Origin: an uncultured Thermoleophilia bacterium
Lineage (GTDB): Bacteria; Actinomycetota; Thermoleophilia; UBA2241
Direction: 5' to 3'
NCBI GenBank assembly: GCA_963829205.1
Contig: CAWHHT010000006.1
Coordinates: 217,885-281,884, forward strand
DNA: 64,000 nucleotides
Below, piece after piece: positions 41,983 through 51,364 of the stretch (positions within the stretch are counted from its first letter, which is position 1; the number at the start of each line of letters is the position of its first letter). A program made the translations under genes and the position numbers. The notes under the pieces were generated by a model that was given only the letters and a program-made list of their open reading frames with translations, ran no database searches and was not told the DNA's origin.

Positions 41983-42413
41983 AGCGGGTACTCGTACACG
42001 CGCTGGTCTTTCACTACTCGACAGCCGATCGTGGGGTAGAACTCGTGCGCTCCGCGGCGCTCCGATCCCACACGGATGACGACGCGCAGCAAGCCCCTCT
42101 GGCGAGACCAGTCGGCTGCGGCCCCGAACAGAGCTGCGCCCACGCCCGACCGCCGGTAGGCGGCACCGACGACGAGGCCGCCGACCTCAGCGTACGGCTC
42201 GGACTCGATGACGCGCTGTACGTGCACATCTATGAAGCCGGCGACGTCGTCGCCGGCCTGCACTACCAGGATCGTCCGCTCGTGGTCCTCGAGCAAGCGG
42301 AGCCGCTCGAGGACCTGCTCTGTGGTGGATGGGTAGCCGAGCTCGCCGCAGAGCGCGGCCAGCGCCGCGGCGTCGGCCTCACCGGCCGCACGGATCTGCA
42401 GGTGCCCGTCCAC
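41979..42413 (-). CDS. GNAT family N-acetyltransferase
   Basis: 144 aa; acetyl-CoA binding RRSGVGAALF motif; 4-nt overlap with downstream methyltransferase. Confidence 0.75.
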   Translation of the reverse strand: MDGHLQIRAAGEADAAALAALCGELGYPSTTEQVLERLRLLEDHERTILVVQAGDDVAGFIDVHVQRVIESEPYAEVGGLVVGAAYRRSGVGAALFGAAADWSRQRGLLRVVIRVGSERRGAHEFYPTIGCRVVKDQRVYEYPL

Positions 42414-42530
42414 GCCGACAGTGTATAGCGCGATCCGGAGGGTGAGGATGTGCGTGGGAACGTCGATGCCCGACGTACGGCGCGGCAGTGCCGGCCCACC
42501 CCGTCGTCGTGTCGCGCCGGCCCTCCCGCG

Positions 42531-42737
42531 TCAGGCGGTGAGGCGCGGCTCCTGCGATTTCGCCCGCTGTGGGCGGACGGCACAATGCAGGTGCAGGACG
42601 CGGTCCTCGACTGGTTCGGCATCGAGCGTCACGGTCCCGCACAGCGGGCACACGAACATCTCGCTGGGGTCCGCCGCGAAGAGATCTTCCTCGAACACCG
42701 CGCCGCACTCGCTGCACACCATGTGCTCCAGCATCAT
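42531..42737 (-). CDS. FmdB-family zinc-ribbon protein (68 aa)
   Basis: MMLEHMVCSECGAVFEE...CPLCG; C-terminal part of ORF 42531..42950. Confidence 0.6.
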   Translation of the reverse strand: MMLEHMVCSECGAVFEEDLFAADPSEMFVCPLCGTVTLDAEPVEDRVLHLHCAVRPQRAKSQEPRLTA

Positions 42738-42851
42738 GGCTCCCCCTTTCCACATGTGAAATATTCCGCAAAGTGCCTCGTTCGACTCCCCGGTCTGAAA
42801 GAATGGGGTGAAAGACCTAGAGCGTGGGCACGACGGCGGACGGGAGGAAGC

Positions 42852-43364
42852 GTGATCGAGGCGGCAGGGTTGAGGATCAGGCTGGCGTCGGCAGACGACG
42901 CGCGGGGCATCGCCAAGGTGCTCAACCGTATCATCGAGGGTGGGCGTCACAGCCTGCTCGACACACCCTTCACCGAGGCCGAGGAGCGCGCCTACATCGA
43001 GTCACTCCCGGGGCGCGCCTTCATCCATGCCGCCGAGACCGCCGAGGGAGAGATCGCCGGCTTTCAGACCGTGGAACCCTGGAGCACCTTCGTGACCCGG
43101 GAGTTCGACCACGTCGCGACGATGGGGACCTACGTTGACGAGGAATACCGCCGGCGCGGCGTGGGCGCGGCGCTGGCCGCCGTCTCGTTCGCCGCGGCGC
43201 GCGGCGCAGGGTACGAGAAGATCCTCACCGACCTGCGCGCCGACAACCTCGGCTCCCTCTGTTACCATCTGAGCCTGGGCTTCAGCGTCGTAGGGACCGC
43301 GCGCCGTCACGCCCGCCTGCACGGACGCGACATCGACGTCGTGTTCATCGAAGCGTTCCTGTAA
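42852..43364 (+). CDS. GNAT family N-acetyltransferase (170 aa)
   Basis: GTG after GGGAGGAAG; RRRGVGAAL motif; internal start of ORF 42450..43364. Confidence 0.75.
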   Translation: MIEAAGLRIRLASADDARGIAKVLNRIIEGGRHSLLDTPFTEAEERAYIESLPGRAFIHAAETAEGEIAGFQTVEPWSTFVTREFDHVATMGTYVDEEYRRRGVGAALAAVSFAAARGAGYEKILTDLRADNLGSLCYHLSLGFSVVGTARRHARLHGRDIDVVFIEAFL

Positions 43365-43375
43365 GGAGGGCCGCC

Positions 43376-44230
43376 TTGCTGTACGTGTGTGCCACCCCCA
43401 TCGGCAACCTCAGCGACATCACGCCGCGCGTCCTCGATGCGCTGCGCAGCGTCGAGCTCGTGGCGGCGGAGGACACACGGCGCACGCGTAAGCTCCTCAG
43501 CCACTTCGACATCCACGTTCCGCTCACGAGTCTCTTCCAGCACAACGAAGCCCAGAAGACCGAGGAGGTCCTGAGCCTGCTGCGCGAGGGAAGAGACGTC
43601 GCGCTCGTGACCGACGCCGGCACGCCGGGCGTGCAGGACCCGGGGATGCGTCTCGTCGCGCGCGCCGTGGCTCACGACATCGATATCTCCGTGCTGCCGG
43701 GCCCCTCGGCGGTCCTCACGGCGCTGGTGGCGTCCGGCTTCGAGGGGGAGGGGTTCCGCTTCGTCGGCTACCTGCCTCGCCGCGCTGCTGAACTCTCCAA
43801 GTCCGTCCACGCTTGGCGCCGCTGCGGCGGTATCGTGGTCGCCTTTGAGACCGGGCAGCGGTTGCCCCGCAACCTGGCGCTCCTCGCCGCCATCCTTCCC
43901 GAAGCGCGCGCGGTCGTCTGCCGCGAGCTCACCAAGGTCCACGAACAGATCCTGCGCGGCAGCCTCGGCGATCTGAGCGCGCAGTACCCGGTCCCGGGTC
44001 CGGACACCGACCACGCCGCCGCAGTGCGCGGCGAGATCACGCTCGTCCTTGACCTCGGCGAGCCGATCGACGAGGCCGCCGCGGCCAGGCCGCAGGCCCG
44101 CACGGCGGCCGAACGTCTGCTCAGCCGAGGCCTCTCGCGCCGCGACGCCGCCGCGGCGCTCCACGTGTGCCTAGGCCTGCCGCGTCGCGAGGCCGAGGCC
44201 CTCGTGCGCGAGGTCGCCGCCGAGGGCTGA
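43376..44230 (+). CDS. rsmI: 16S rRNA (cytidine1402-2'-O)-methyltransferase
   Basis: TTG after AAGGAGGG; tetrapyrrole-methylase fold motifs (LYVCATPIGNLSDIT..., AEDTRRT, VTDAGTPGV). Confidence 0.88.
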   Translation: MLYVCATPIGNLSDITPRVLDALRSVELVAAEDTRRTRKLLSHFDIHVPLTSLFQHNEAQKTEEVLSLLREGRDVALVTDAGTPGVQDPGMRLVARAVAHDIDISVLPGPSAVLTALVASGFEGEGFRFVGYLPRRAAELSKSVHAWRRCGGIVVAFETGQRLPRNLALLAAILPEARAVVCRELTKVHEQILRGSLGDLSAQYPVPGPDTDHAAAVRGEITLVLDLGEPIDEAAAARPQARTAAERLLSRGLSRRDAAAALHVCLGLPRREAEALVREVAAEG

Positions 44231-44260
44231 CGCTCTCCGGCGGTCTGCTACACTCCAGGC

Positions 44261-45145
44261 ATGGATCTCCTGGCCCGCATCGCAGAACGGCCGCAGTTGC
44301 TGGACGGCGGCCTCGGCCTCGCGCTGATGGTGCGCGGGTTCGCCGCCGGCGAGTGCCCCGAGGAGTGGAACGCCTCGCACCCCGCGGAAGTCGCGGACAT
44401 CCACCGCTCCTTCTATGCGGCGGGCTCGGACATCGTCAACACCAACACGTTCGGCGGCACCGCGCTCCGCCTGGAAGCGCACGGTCTCGCCGCGCGGTCT
44501 GTCGAGCTGAATGAGGCCGGCGCCCGCCTCGCGGTGGACGTGCGCGACCGCGAGTTCCCCGGCCGCCTGGTCGCCGGCGACATCGGCCCCACCGGCCGCA
44601 TGATCAAGCCGATGGGGGACGCCGACCCGGAAGTCCTCGGGGCGTCCTTCTTCGAGCAGGCCTCGGCACTTGTCGCCAGCGGGGTTGATCTGCTCAACAT
44701 CGAGACCATGTTCGATCTCACCGAGGCGCGCGTGGCCGTGGAGGCAGCCGTTGCCGCGGCGGGTGACCGCCCCGTCCTCGCCAGCCTCGCCTTCAAGCCG
44801 GCAGCCAAGGGCTACCGCACGATGATGGGCGTCTCTCCGGAGCAGGCCGTGCCGGCGCTGCTCGAGGCTGGAGCGGCCATCGTGGGCTGCAACTGCGAGA
44901 TCCCGGCCGAGACCATGGTGGATCTCGTCCCCGTCCTCGCGGCGCTCAACGGCGGGATCACGTACGCGCAGCCCAACGCCGGGCAGCCGCGACTGGAGGG
45001 GGAGGCGACCGTATACGGAGAGACGCCGGCTCACTTCGCTGGCATCGTCGCCACCTACCCGGCGGCCGGCGCGGGGATCGTCGGAGGCTGCTGCGGGACT
45101 CCGCCGGAGTCCATCGCCGCGCTCGCCGCGGCTCTCGGCCGCTGA
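44261..45145 (+). CDS. homocysteine S-methyltransferase domain protein (MmuM/BHMT/MetH-N-like)
   Basis: 294 aa; zinc ligands in GCNCEIP and GGCCGTPP motifs. Confidence 0.75.
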   Translation: MDLLARIAERPQLLDGGLGLALMVRGFAAGECPEEWNASHPAEVADIHRSFYAAGSDIVNTNTFGGTALRLEAHGLAARSVELNEAGARLAVDVRDREFPGRLVAGDIGPTGRMIKPMGDADPEVLGASFFEQASALVASGVDLLNIETMFDLTEARVAVEAAVAAAGDRPVLASLAFKPAAKGYRTMMGVSPEQAVPALLEAGAAIVGCNCEIPAETMVDLVPVLAALNGGITYAQPNAGQPRLEGEATVYGETPAHFAGIVATYPAAGAGIVGGCCGTPPESIAALAAALGR

Positions 45146-45177
45146 CGCGGTCTCGCTGCTGAGCGCCCGGGGGGGCC

Positions 45178-46134
45178 TCAGCCCAGGCTGGCGCGCCGGC
45201 GGAAGACGGCGCCGACCGTGTCGAGGATCAGGCGCGCGCCGTGCAGCGCCGTGACCTGACCGGGCCCGTCGTACTGCGGCGCAACCTCGACGAGGTCCAT
45301 GCCGATCACGTTGCAGCGGGCGCACACGGCCAGGAGGATCGCCTTGGCCTCGTAGTACGAGAAACCGCCGGGCTCGGGCGTGCCTGTGCCCGGCGCGATG
45401 GCGGGGTCGAGGGCGTCGATGTCGAACGTGATGTACACATCGGCGCCCGGCTCAAGGTGCTCGATCAGTTCGTCGACGAGCGTGTCCTTCGCCTGCTCGC
45501 ACCAGAAGATGTGCGCCCCACGCGACCGGGCCAGCGCGATGTTGTCGCCGGCGGTGTGCAGGCTGCGGATGCCGTACTGGGTGAGGCCGCTCAGCCACCC
45601 GGCCTCGTGCGAGCGGATGATGGGACTCGCGTGCGAGTAGCGCTGGCCGCCCTCCTCGTCCCAGTAGTCCATGTGGGTGTCGAACTGCACAAGGTGGAAC
45701 GGCGCCCCGTCACGCGCCCTCGAGAGCGTCTTGAGCACGGGGTAGGTGATCGAGTGATCGCCGCCGAGCGTCACGGGGAAGAGGCCGGCGGACACGATCG
45801 GCCGCAGGCGCTCGTCGACGGCGAGGTGGTACCGGTCGGCCGACCACATCGGGCCGATCGCCACATCGCCGCAGTCGGCCCAGCGCACGCCGCCGAGCAG
45901 TTCGACACCGGCTTCGCCGTCATAGAGCGTCTCGCGGTCCTGCTGGTAGGCCCACAAGGTCGAGGCCTCGCGCAGCGCCCTGGGCCCCATGCGGGACCCG
46001 GAGCGGTTGGTAGTGCCCTGGTCCCACGGGATGCCGATGACGGCGACCTCGGCATCGGCGCGCGTGGGCGCTGCGAGCGGCGGCGCTTTGAAGAACGTGG
46101 CGATGCCGCTGAACGGCAGCTCCTCGTAGGTCAT
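45178..46134 (-). CDS. speB: arginase-family ureohydrolase (agmatinase-like)
   Basis: GGDHSITYP, FDTHMD, DIDALDP manganese-binding motifs. Confidence 0.8.
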   Translation of the reverse strand: MTYEELPFSGIATFFKAPPLAAPTRADAEVAVIGIPWDQGTTNRSGSRMGPRALREASTLWAYQQDRETLYDGEAGVELLGGVRWADCGDVAIGPMWSADRYHLAVDERLRPIVSAGLFPVTLGGDHSITYPVLKTLSRARDGAPFHLVQFDTHMDYWDEEGGQRYSHASPIIRSHEAGWLSGLTQYGIRSLHTAGDNIALARSRGAHIFWCEQAKDTLVDELIEHLEPGADVYITFDIDALDPAIAPGTGTPEPGGFSYYEAKAILLAVCARCNVIGMDLVEVAPQYDGPGQVTALHGARLILDTVGAVFRRRASLG

Positions 46135-46176
46135 CTCGTGCTCACTTTCGGTGCGCGGAGGAGTTCCCGGCGGTGC

Positions 46177-46647
46177 TCAGCCCGCGGGGCTCTCCGCGGG
46201 CGACCACTCGTAGTTGTCCTTGAGGATCTTGAGGTTGAGGAGGAAGTCGGCCTGCTCGACGCCGGGGATCGTGTGGATGTGGTTGACGAGCACGTCGAAG
46301 ACCTCCTCGCGGTCGTGCGCCACGACCCCGACGATGATGTCGAAGTTGCCGGCGCAGATGCTCACGTAGTCGACCTGCGGGAGCTCGGCGACCGCCTCGG
46401 CCACCGCCTCGAGGCGGTCGCCCGCCACGCGCAGATTGATCTGCGCCCAGATGAGGCCGAGGTCCAGCGGGCTGGTCACAGCCACGATCTGGATGATGTT
46501 GGTGCGCAGCAGGCGAGCGACCCGCTGCCGGACGCTCGCCTCGGAGATCCCGAGGTCCTTGGCGATGGCCGTGAAGGCCCGCCGCCCGTCGATCTGCAGG
46601 TGCCCGATGATGGCGATGTCGATCCTGTCTAGTGCCTGCTTGCGCAT
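46177..46647 (-). CDS. Lrp/AsnC family transcriptional regulator
   Basis: N-terminal HTH (LDRIDIAIIGHLQIDGRRAFTAIAKDLGISEASVRQRV) + RAM domain. Confidence 0.85.
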   Translation of the reverse strand: MRKQALDRIDIAIIGHLQIDGRRAFTAIAKDLGISEASVRQRVARLLRTNIIQIVAVTSPLDLGLIWAQINLRVAGDRLEAVAEAVAELPQVDYVSICAGNFDIIVGVVAHDREEVFDVLVNHIHTIPGVEQADFLLNLKILKDNYEWSPAESPAG

Positions 46648-46788
46648 GCCGCTCCTTTCGACGGCACCATTCTACGAATGGCGTCGTCGAAGCGCCAGAG
46701 GGCTGCGATTCTCAGTGTCGCGCGTGGCGGGCCACAGCGGATCGGCCTGCCGAAAGCACGACCGGCGCCTTGTGGAGCGGCACCGTGG

Positions 46789-48069
46789 TCAGGCGTGGTC
46801 GCCGGCAGGCTCCTCTACGCCGAGAACGACGCCCTGATCAGCGAGTGCCGATTGCAGGACCGCGACGTCGACGGCTCTCGGTGCGACGTTGCCGGCGACC
46901 GCGAGGGCGGCTGCCGTGCCCGCCGCCTGGCCCGTGGCCAGACAGACGGGGATCAGCCTCAGCTGGACCATGGCATCCTGCTGGGCAGACATGCATCGCC
47001 CCGCGACCAGGAGCCCGTCGACCTCCGCCGGCACGAGCGCACCGAAGGGGATCCGCATGCGTCGCCCGGAATAGGGCTTGGCCACCACGTCGGCACAGCT
47101 CCCCGAAAGCGCCTCTCTCAGGGAGGGTGAGCAACCGCCGACGATGCGGCGAGTCTCACGCACGCCGATCTGGTCCGCAGTGTACTCGAGCCATGCCTGT
47201 TCGAAGCCGGGGACGTTTCGGATCAGGAACTTGACTAACCTGAGGGCGTGACTTCGCGTGACGATCTCGGCGTTGGTCAGTTGACGCGGGTCCAGCCCGT
47301 TCACTCCGAACATGCTCCCCGGCCAAAGGTTGACTTCGCCCGGGTGGCAGAGGTCCGCCGCGAAGACGCCGGGGGCGAAGTACTTGGAGTGGATCTCAAG
47401 CTCGAAGTCGAGGTCGCCGTTTGCGACAGCTTCGTCGATCAGACGCCGAAGGTTGCCCCAGTTCCCGAGATGCTCGATGGCTCGGTCGCGGTCGACTCCC
47501 CCAAGATTCGCCATGAGCGTCACCGGCAAGGGACGCTCCTCCATCACGAACGCGGCGCCAGCGGATGCGGCGACGTCGCCGTCGCCGGTCACGTCCACGA
47601 CGACTCTGGCGAGCACGGCCGACCGTCCGGCCTTGTTCTCGACGATAACGCCGGTGACGGTCCCGTCCTCCGTCAACGACTGGACGACGTAGGTGTGGAG
47701 GAGGACCTCCACGCCGGCGTCAAGCAGCATCGTCATCATGTGCTGCTTGAGGAGCTCCGGGTCGACGGCGATGAGTCCGTCGACGGCCGGGTCGTCGCCG
47801 AGGTTCTTGCCCTCATGGTAGGAGTCGGCGCGCTCCAGCTCCTGACGGATCTCAACGTTGATGCCGTTGTCCAGCGGCGGCACGGTGATCACCAATCCGC
47901 CCGTCGCCAGACCGCCCAGGTAACCGTAGCGCTCGAGTAGAAGAACGCGCGCGCCGCTGCGCGCGGCGGAGACTGCCGCGGCCACCCCAGCGGATCCACC
48001 ACCACAGACCAGGACGTCGACTTCGGCCATGACATTCGTGCTCCGGGCGGCTTCTGCGATCTGCTTCAT
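46789..48069 (-). CDS. FAD-dependent oxidoreductase (FAD_oxidored/GIDA-like family)
   Basis: VLVCGGGSAGVAAAVSAARSGARVLLLE dinucleotide-binding fold; ATG overlaps stop of upstream OYE gene (ATGA). Confidence 0.7.
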   Translation of the reverse strand: MKQIAEAARSTNVMAEVDVLVCGGGSAGVAAAVSAARSGARVLLLERYGYLGGLATGGLVITVPPLDNGINVEIRQELERADSYHEGKNLGDDPAVDGLIAVDPELLKQHMMTMLLDAGVEVLLHTYVVQSLTEDGTVTGVIVENKAGRSAVLARVVVDVTGDGDVAASAGAAFVMEERPLPVTLMANLGGVDRDRAIEHLGNWGNLRRLIDEAVANGDLDFELEIHSKYFAPGVFAADLCHPGEVNLWPGSMFGVNGLDPRQLTNAEIVTRSHALRLVKFLIRNVPGFEQAWLEYTADQIGVRETRRIVGGCSPSLREALSGSCADVVAKPYSGRRMRIPFGALVPAEVDGLLVAGRCMSAQQDAMVQLRLIPVCLATGQAAGTAAALAVAGNVAPRAVDVAVLQSALADQGVVLGVEEPAGDHA

Positions 48070-49511
48070 GACGGCTGCCGCGCTTTCTTGATTCTCTGCT
48101 TGAGAGTCTGGAACTCGGGTCGCCGGCGGTAGAACTCGTCCAGCGCATAGCATCCGGAGCCGACCTGGAACGCTGGTGCGACGTCGCAGTAGCCGCATGT
48201 CGTGCAGATACGCTTGCGCCGGAGGGGCCGACCCTCGAGGACGTCGGCGCACATGTCGGGGTAGCTGAACGACATCCGACCGATGCCGATCGAGTCAGCA
48301 AGGCCCTCGCGTACTACGCCCTGGGCGACGTTCGGCAGCCACTGCTGAAGGTAGGAGTAGCCGCTCCCGACGTAGATGAGGTCGGGGTGGTCCCTCTTGA
48401 GGTCCGCTACAAGCGAGATCAGGCGTGCGACGCCTACAAGAGGATCCTCAGGCGGCTTGTGGGGCGCGACGGGCAGCGAGTTGTAGGGCTCCATCAGGTG
48501 CGAGTTGTACTCGGCCCCCGCCGAGACGCAGACGAGCTCGATACCGAGGTCGGTCAGCAGGTCGAGGAAGGCGAGCGGCTCCGTGAGGTCGATGCCGGCG
48601 CCCGAACCGTCCCCGCCGAAGGCGTAGGGGTACGTATTGGCGCCCAACGAGACTGGCTCCGTACGGTCGTCGGAGCCATCCGTGAAGGGGACGAAGTCCA
48701 AGGCGCTGAAACGCACCGCGACCTCGAGGCCTGGAACGGTGGAGCGTATGCCCGCGACGACCTCCCGAAGGAATCGGGTCCGGTTCTCGAAGCTGCCGCC
48801 GTAGCGCCCTGGCCGGTCGACGGCGCTCAGGAACTCATGACCCAGGTAGCCGTGGCAGTGCTTGATGTCGACGAAGTCGAAGCCCGCCGCCTGGGCAAGC
48901 TGGGCGGCGGCGACGAAGTCGCGGACGAGGCCATCGATCTCGTCGTCGGTCATCACCGCGTCGTCGCCTTCCGCTCCGTAGCGTTGATCGAGGATCGGGT
49001 GATGGTAAAGGATCCGGGGCTCTGGACGGTCCCACGAGTTCGGGTGTGACACGCGCCCCGAGTGGGTGAGCTGGACACCGACGAGCAGGTCGTCCGTCGA
49101 GGAGAAGCGCTCCTCGTGGCTGCTGACGAGGAGCGCCCGCAGCTCGCTGATCTCAGCGAGGTTGTTCTCGATCATCATGAGCTGGACAGGGCTGCCGCGG
49201 CCGTCCGGGCGGACCGCCATCGCTTCGGCGCCGAAGATGAGCTTGGCGCCGCTCTCGCCCCAGCGCCGCCAGCGCCGCCGTGTGAGCTCGGTGGGCTTGC
49301 CGTCGGTCGTGTTGTCCCAGCCCTCCATCGGCAGGATGGCGAACCGGTTCCCGACGTCCCTGCCGTAGACTGTGAAGGGCCGCGCCAAAGGAGAGCCCGG
49401 GCCCGAGATGACCTCGTCATCCAGCGGGAGTGTCAGACCCAGCGCCTTGAGGTAGGCACGGAACTCGGCCGGATCCTTGAGACCGCGCACGTTGCGTGTG
49501 ATCGCGCTCAT
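48066..49511 (-). CDS. Old-Yellow-Enzyme-type FMN oxidoreductase with C-terminal [4Fe-4S] motif (enoate-reductase/2,4-dienoyl-CoA-reductase N-terminal module)
   Basis: TIM-barrel Oxidored_FMN motifs (LTHSGRVSHP..., HCHGYLGHEFLS), then CTTCGYCDV-x10-C cluster motif; lacks fused FAD/NAD(P) domains. Confidence 0.8.
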   Translation of the reverse strand: MSAITRNVRGLKDPAEFRAYLKALGLTLPLDDEVISGPGSPLARPFTVYGRDVGNRFAILPMEGWDNTTDGKPTELTRRRWRRWGESGAKLIFGAEAMAVRPDGRGSPVQLMMIENNLAEISELRALLVSSHEERFSSTDDLLVGVQLTHSGRVSHPNSWDRPEPRILYHHPILDQRYGAEGDDAVMTDDEIDGLVRDFVAAAQLAQAAGFDFVDIKHCHGYLGHEFLSAVDRPGRYGGSFENRTRFLREVVAGIRSTVPGLEVAVRFSALDFVPFTDGSDDRTEPVSLGANTYPYAFGGDGSGAGIDLTEPLAFLDLLTDLGIELVCVSAGAEYNSHLMEPYNSLPVAPHKPPEDPLVGVARLISLVADLKRDHPDLIYVGSGYSYLQQWLPNVAQGVVREGLADSIGIGRMSFSYPDMCADVLEGRPLRRKRICTTCGYCDVAPAFQVGSGCYALDEFYRRRPEFQTLKQRIKKARQPS

Positions 49512-51364
49512 GTCGTAGCCCCTCCATGCTCAGCGACCAGTCGATACAGGCCGAGCTCCTCGAGCTTCTCGCGGCTGGGCATCGCGGTCCGCCGGTCCCA
49601 CTGCATGGCCTGGCAGTACTCATCGAGCAAGGCCTCCTCGTCGATGGTGATCCCAGCGGTACCCCCCTTGTCCAAGGGCGGCCTGCCAAGTGACCGCTGA
49701 TTGACCGTGATCATGAGCGGATTGATGCCCTCACGCAGGTTGAAGAGATGCCGGATGTTCTCAATGCGCTCTCCGATCATCACGCACGACTCGAAGTCGT
49801 GCTCACGTCCTGTGAGGGCTGTCAGGAACTCCGGGATGTAGCCGGTCGGGTGCGACGTGTACGCGAACAGGCAGTTGCCACAGGAGGACATCACGTGGCA
49901 CATCGCGGCGGCGCGCCGGTGGGATTCGCCGACGCCGGCGATGGCATACTTGTCATCCGGCGCCTCCATGAAGCCATTGCCCATGATCCACGAGCTGCCG
50001 CCGCGCGGGTGTCGGCCGGGCGTCGCGTCCATGCGGTAGACGAGAGCCAGGCTCGGGTAGAAGCGGGGGTCGTGGGCCGACAGCTCCTGGCCGCCGGCGT
50101 GGACGGCGTATTCCTCAGCGCCATTGCCGATCTGCTCGGCGGCCCGCATCACGCCGTCCGCGAGCACGGCGCCGATCCCTTCGCGCCGCGCGATCTTCTG
50201 AGCCAGTCTGACTACGCACTCTCCGTCGCCGAACGCGAGCTCCAGCCCGACCTCTTCGCGCGTGAGAAGGCCGTGTTCGTAGCACTCGATGGCAAAAGCC
50301 ACGGCGCCGCCCACGGAGATCGTGTCCAAGCCGTAGACATTGCAGATGTCGTTGAATCGGATGATCGACTCTAGGTCGTCGTTGCCACACAAGGGACCGC
50401 TCACGGCGATCGTCTCGTACTCCGGCACGTGGCTGACTCTGGCCCGGCCTTGCTTGGCCTTCAGGTGACCACCGCAGCGGATGTGACAGTGCCAGCATCC
50501 ATATGGCTTGTCCCGCTCGGCGTAGAACGCGTTCTCGTCGATCTTGTCGAGGCTGGGGTCGGAGTAGTCCTCCGGGTACGTGCCTACCCAGTTCTTGATC
50601 GGGGTGTCGCCGATGACAGTGTTGGGGACCGTGCGGCTCGTCGTGCCGTGGACCTTGAACTCGACCCCCTCGCCCATCAGCCGACTCGCCCACTTCTTGC
50701 GCAGCTGCTTCGCCAGGACCGGGTCGGGGATCGGCACCTCGCGGCTGCCCTTCACGACGACCGCCTTGAGCCTCTTGGAGCCCATGACCGCCCCGAGGCC
50801 GGAGCGCGCCGCCGCCCGGCCCTTGTGGGTGATGATGGACGCGAGCAGGGACACTGCCTCGCCGGCCGGACCGATGCAGGCAACGGAGGCATCGGCTCCG
50901 TGCAACGCCTGGAGGTCGTCTTCGCTGTCCAGGCAATCCTTGCCCCAGACGCTTGACGCGTCGTGCAGAGTGATCGCGCCGTCCTCGATCAGGGCGTAGG
51001 TCGGGGTCTCAGCGATGCCGCTGAAGAAGACGGCGTCGTAGCCGGCGAAACGCAGTCGCGGTCCGAAATCGCCGCCGCAGTTGGCGTCTCCCCAGCCGCC
51101 TGTGAGAGGCGACTTGCCGACCACCGTGAAGCGGCCGCTGCAGATCGCCGGGGTGCCCGTGAAGGGCCCTGTCACAAACCCGAGCAGATTGTCGGGGCCG
51201 AGTGGATCGACGCCGGCGGGCATGCGCTCATACAGTATCCGGGCGCCGAGGCCATAGCCTCCGACGAAGTCGCGGCACATGTCCTCGTCGATCTCCTCCG
51301 CATGGGAGACGCCGCTCGTGAGGTCGACGAAGAGGAGCTTGCCCATGTAGCCGTAGACAGTCAT
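49508..51364 (-). CDS. aldehyde:ferredoxin oxidoreductase (AOR) family tungsto/molybdopterin enzyme, paralog 2
   Basis: 618 aa; N-terminal AOR_N (KLLFVDLTSG...), CWHCHIRC (CxxCxxxC) cluster ligands; ATG after GAGGAG overlapping stop of paralog 1. Confidence 0.85.
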   Translation of the reverse strand: MTVYGYMGKLLFVDLTSGVSHAEEIDEDMCRDFVGGYGLGARILYERMPAGVDPLGPDNLLGFVTGPFTGTPAICSGRFTVVGKSPLTGGWGDANCGGDFGPRLRFAGYDAVFFSGIAETPTYALIEDGAITLHDASSVWGKDCLDSEDDLQALHGADASVACIGPAGEAVSLLASIITHKGRAAARSGLGAVMGSKRLKAVVVKGSREVPIPDPVLAKQLRKKWASRLMGEGVEFKVHGTTSRTVPNTVIGDTPIKNWVGTYPEDYSDPSLDKIDENAFYAERDKPYGCWHCHIRCGGHLKAKQGRARVSHVPEYETIAVSGPLCGNDDLESIIRFNDICNVYGLDTISVGGAVAFAIECYEHGLLTREEVGLELAFGDGECVVRLAQKIARREGIGAVLADGVMRAAEQIGNGAEEYAVHAGGQELSAHDPRFYPSLALVYRMDATPGRHPRGGSSWIMGNGFMEAPDDKYAIAGVGESHRRAAAMCHVMSSCGNCLFAYTSHPTGYIPEFLTALTGREHDFESCVMIGERIENIRHLFNLREGINPLMITVNQRSLGRPPLDKGGTAGITIDEEALLDEYCQAMQWDRRTAMPSREKLEELGLYRLVAEHGGATT

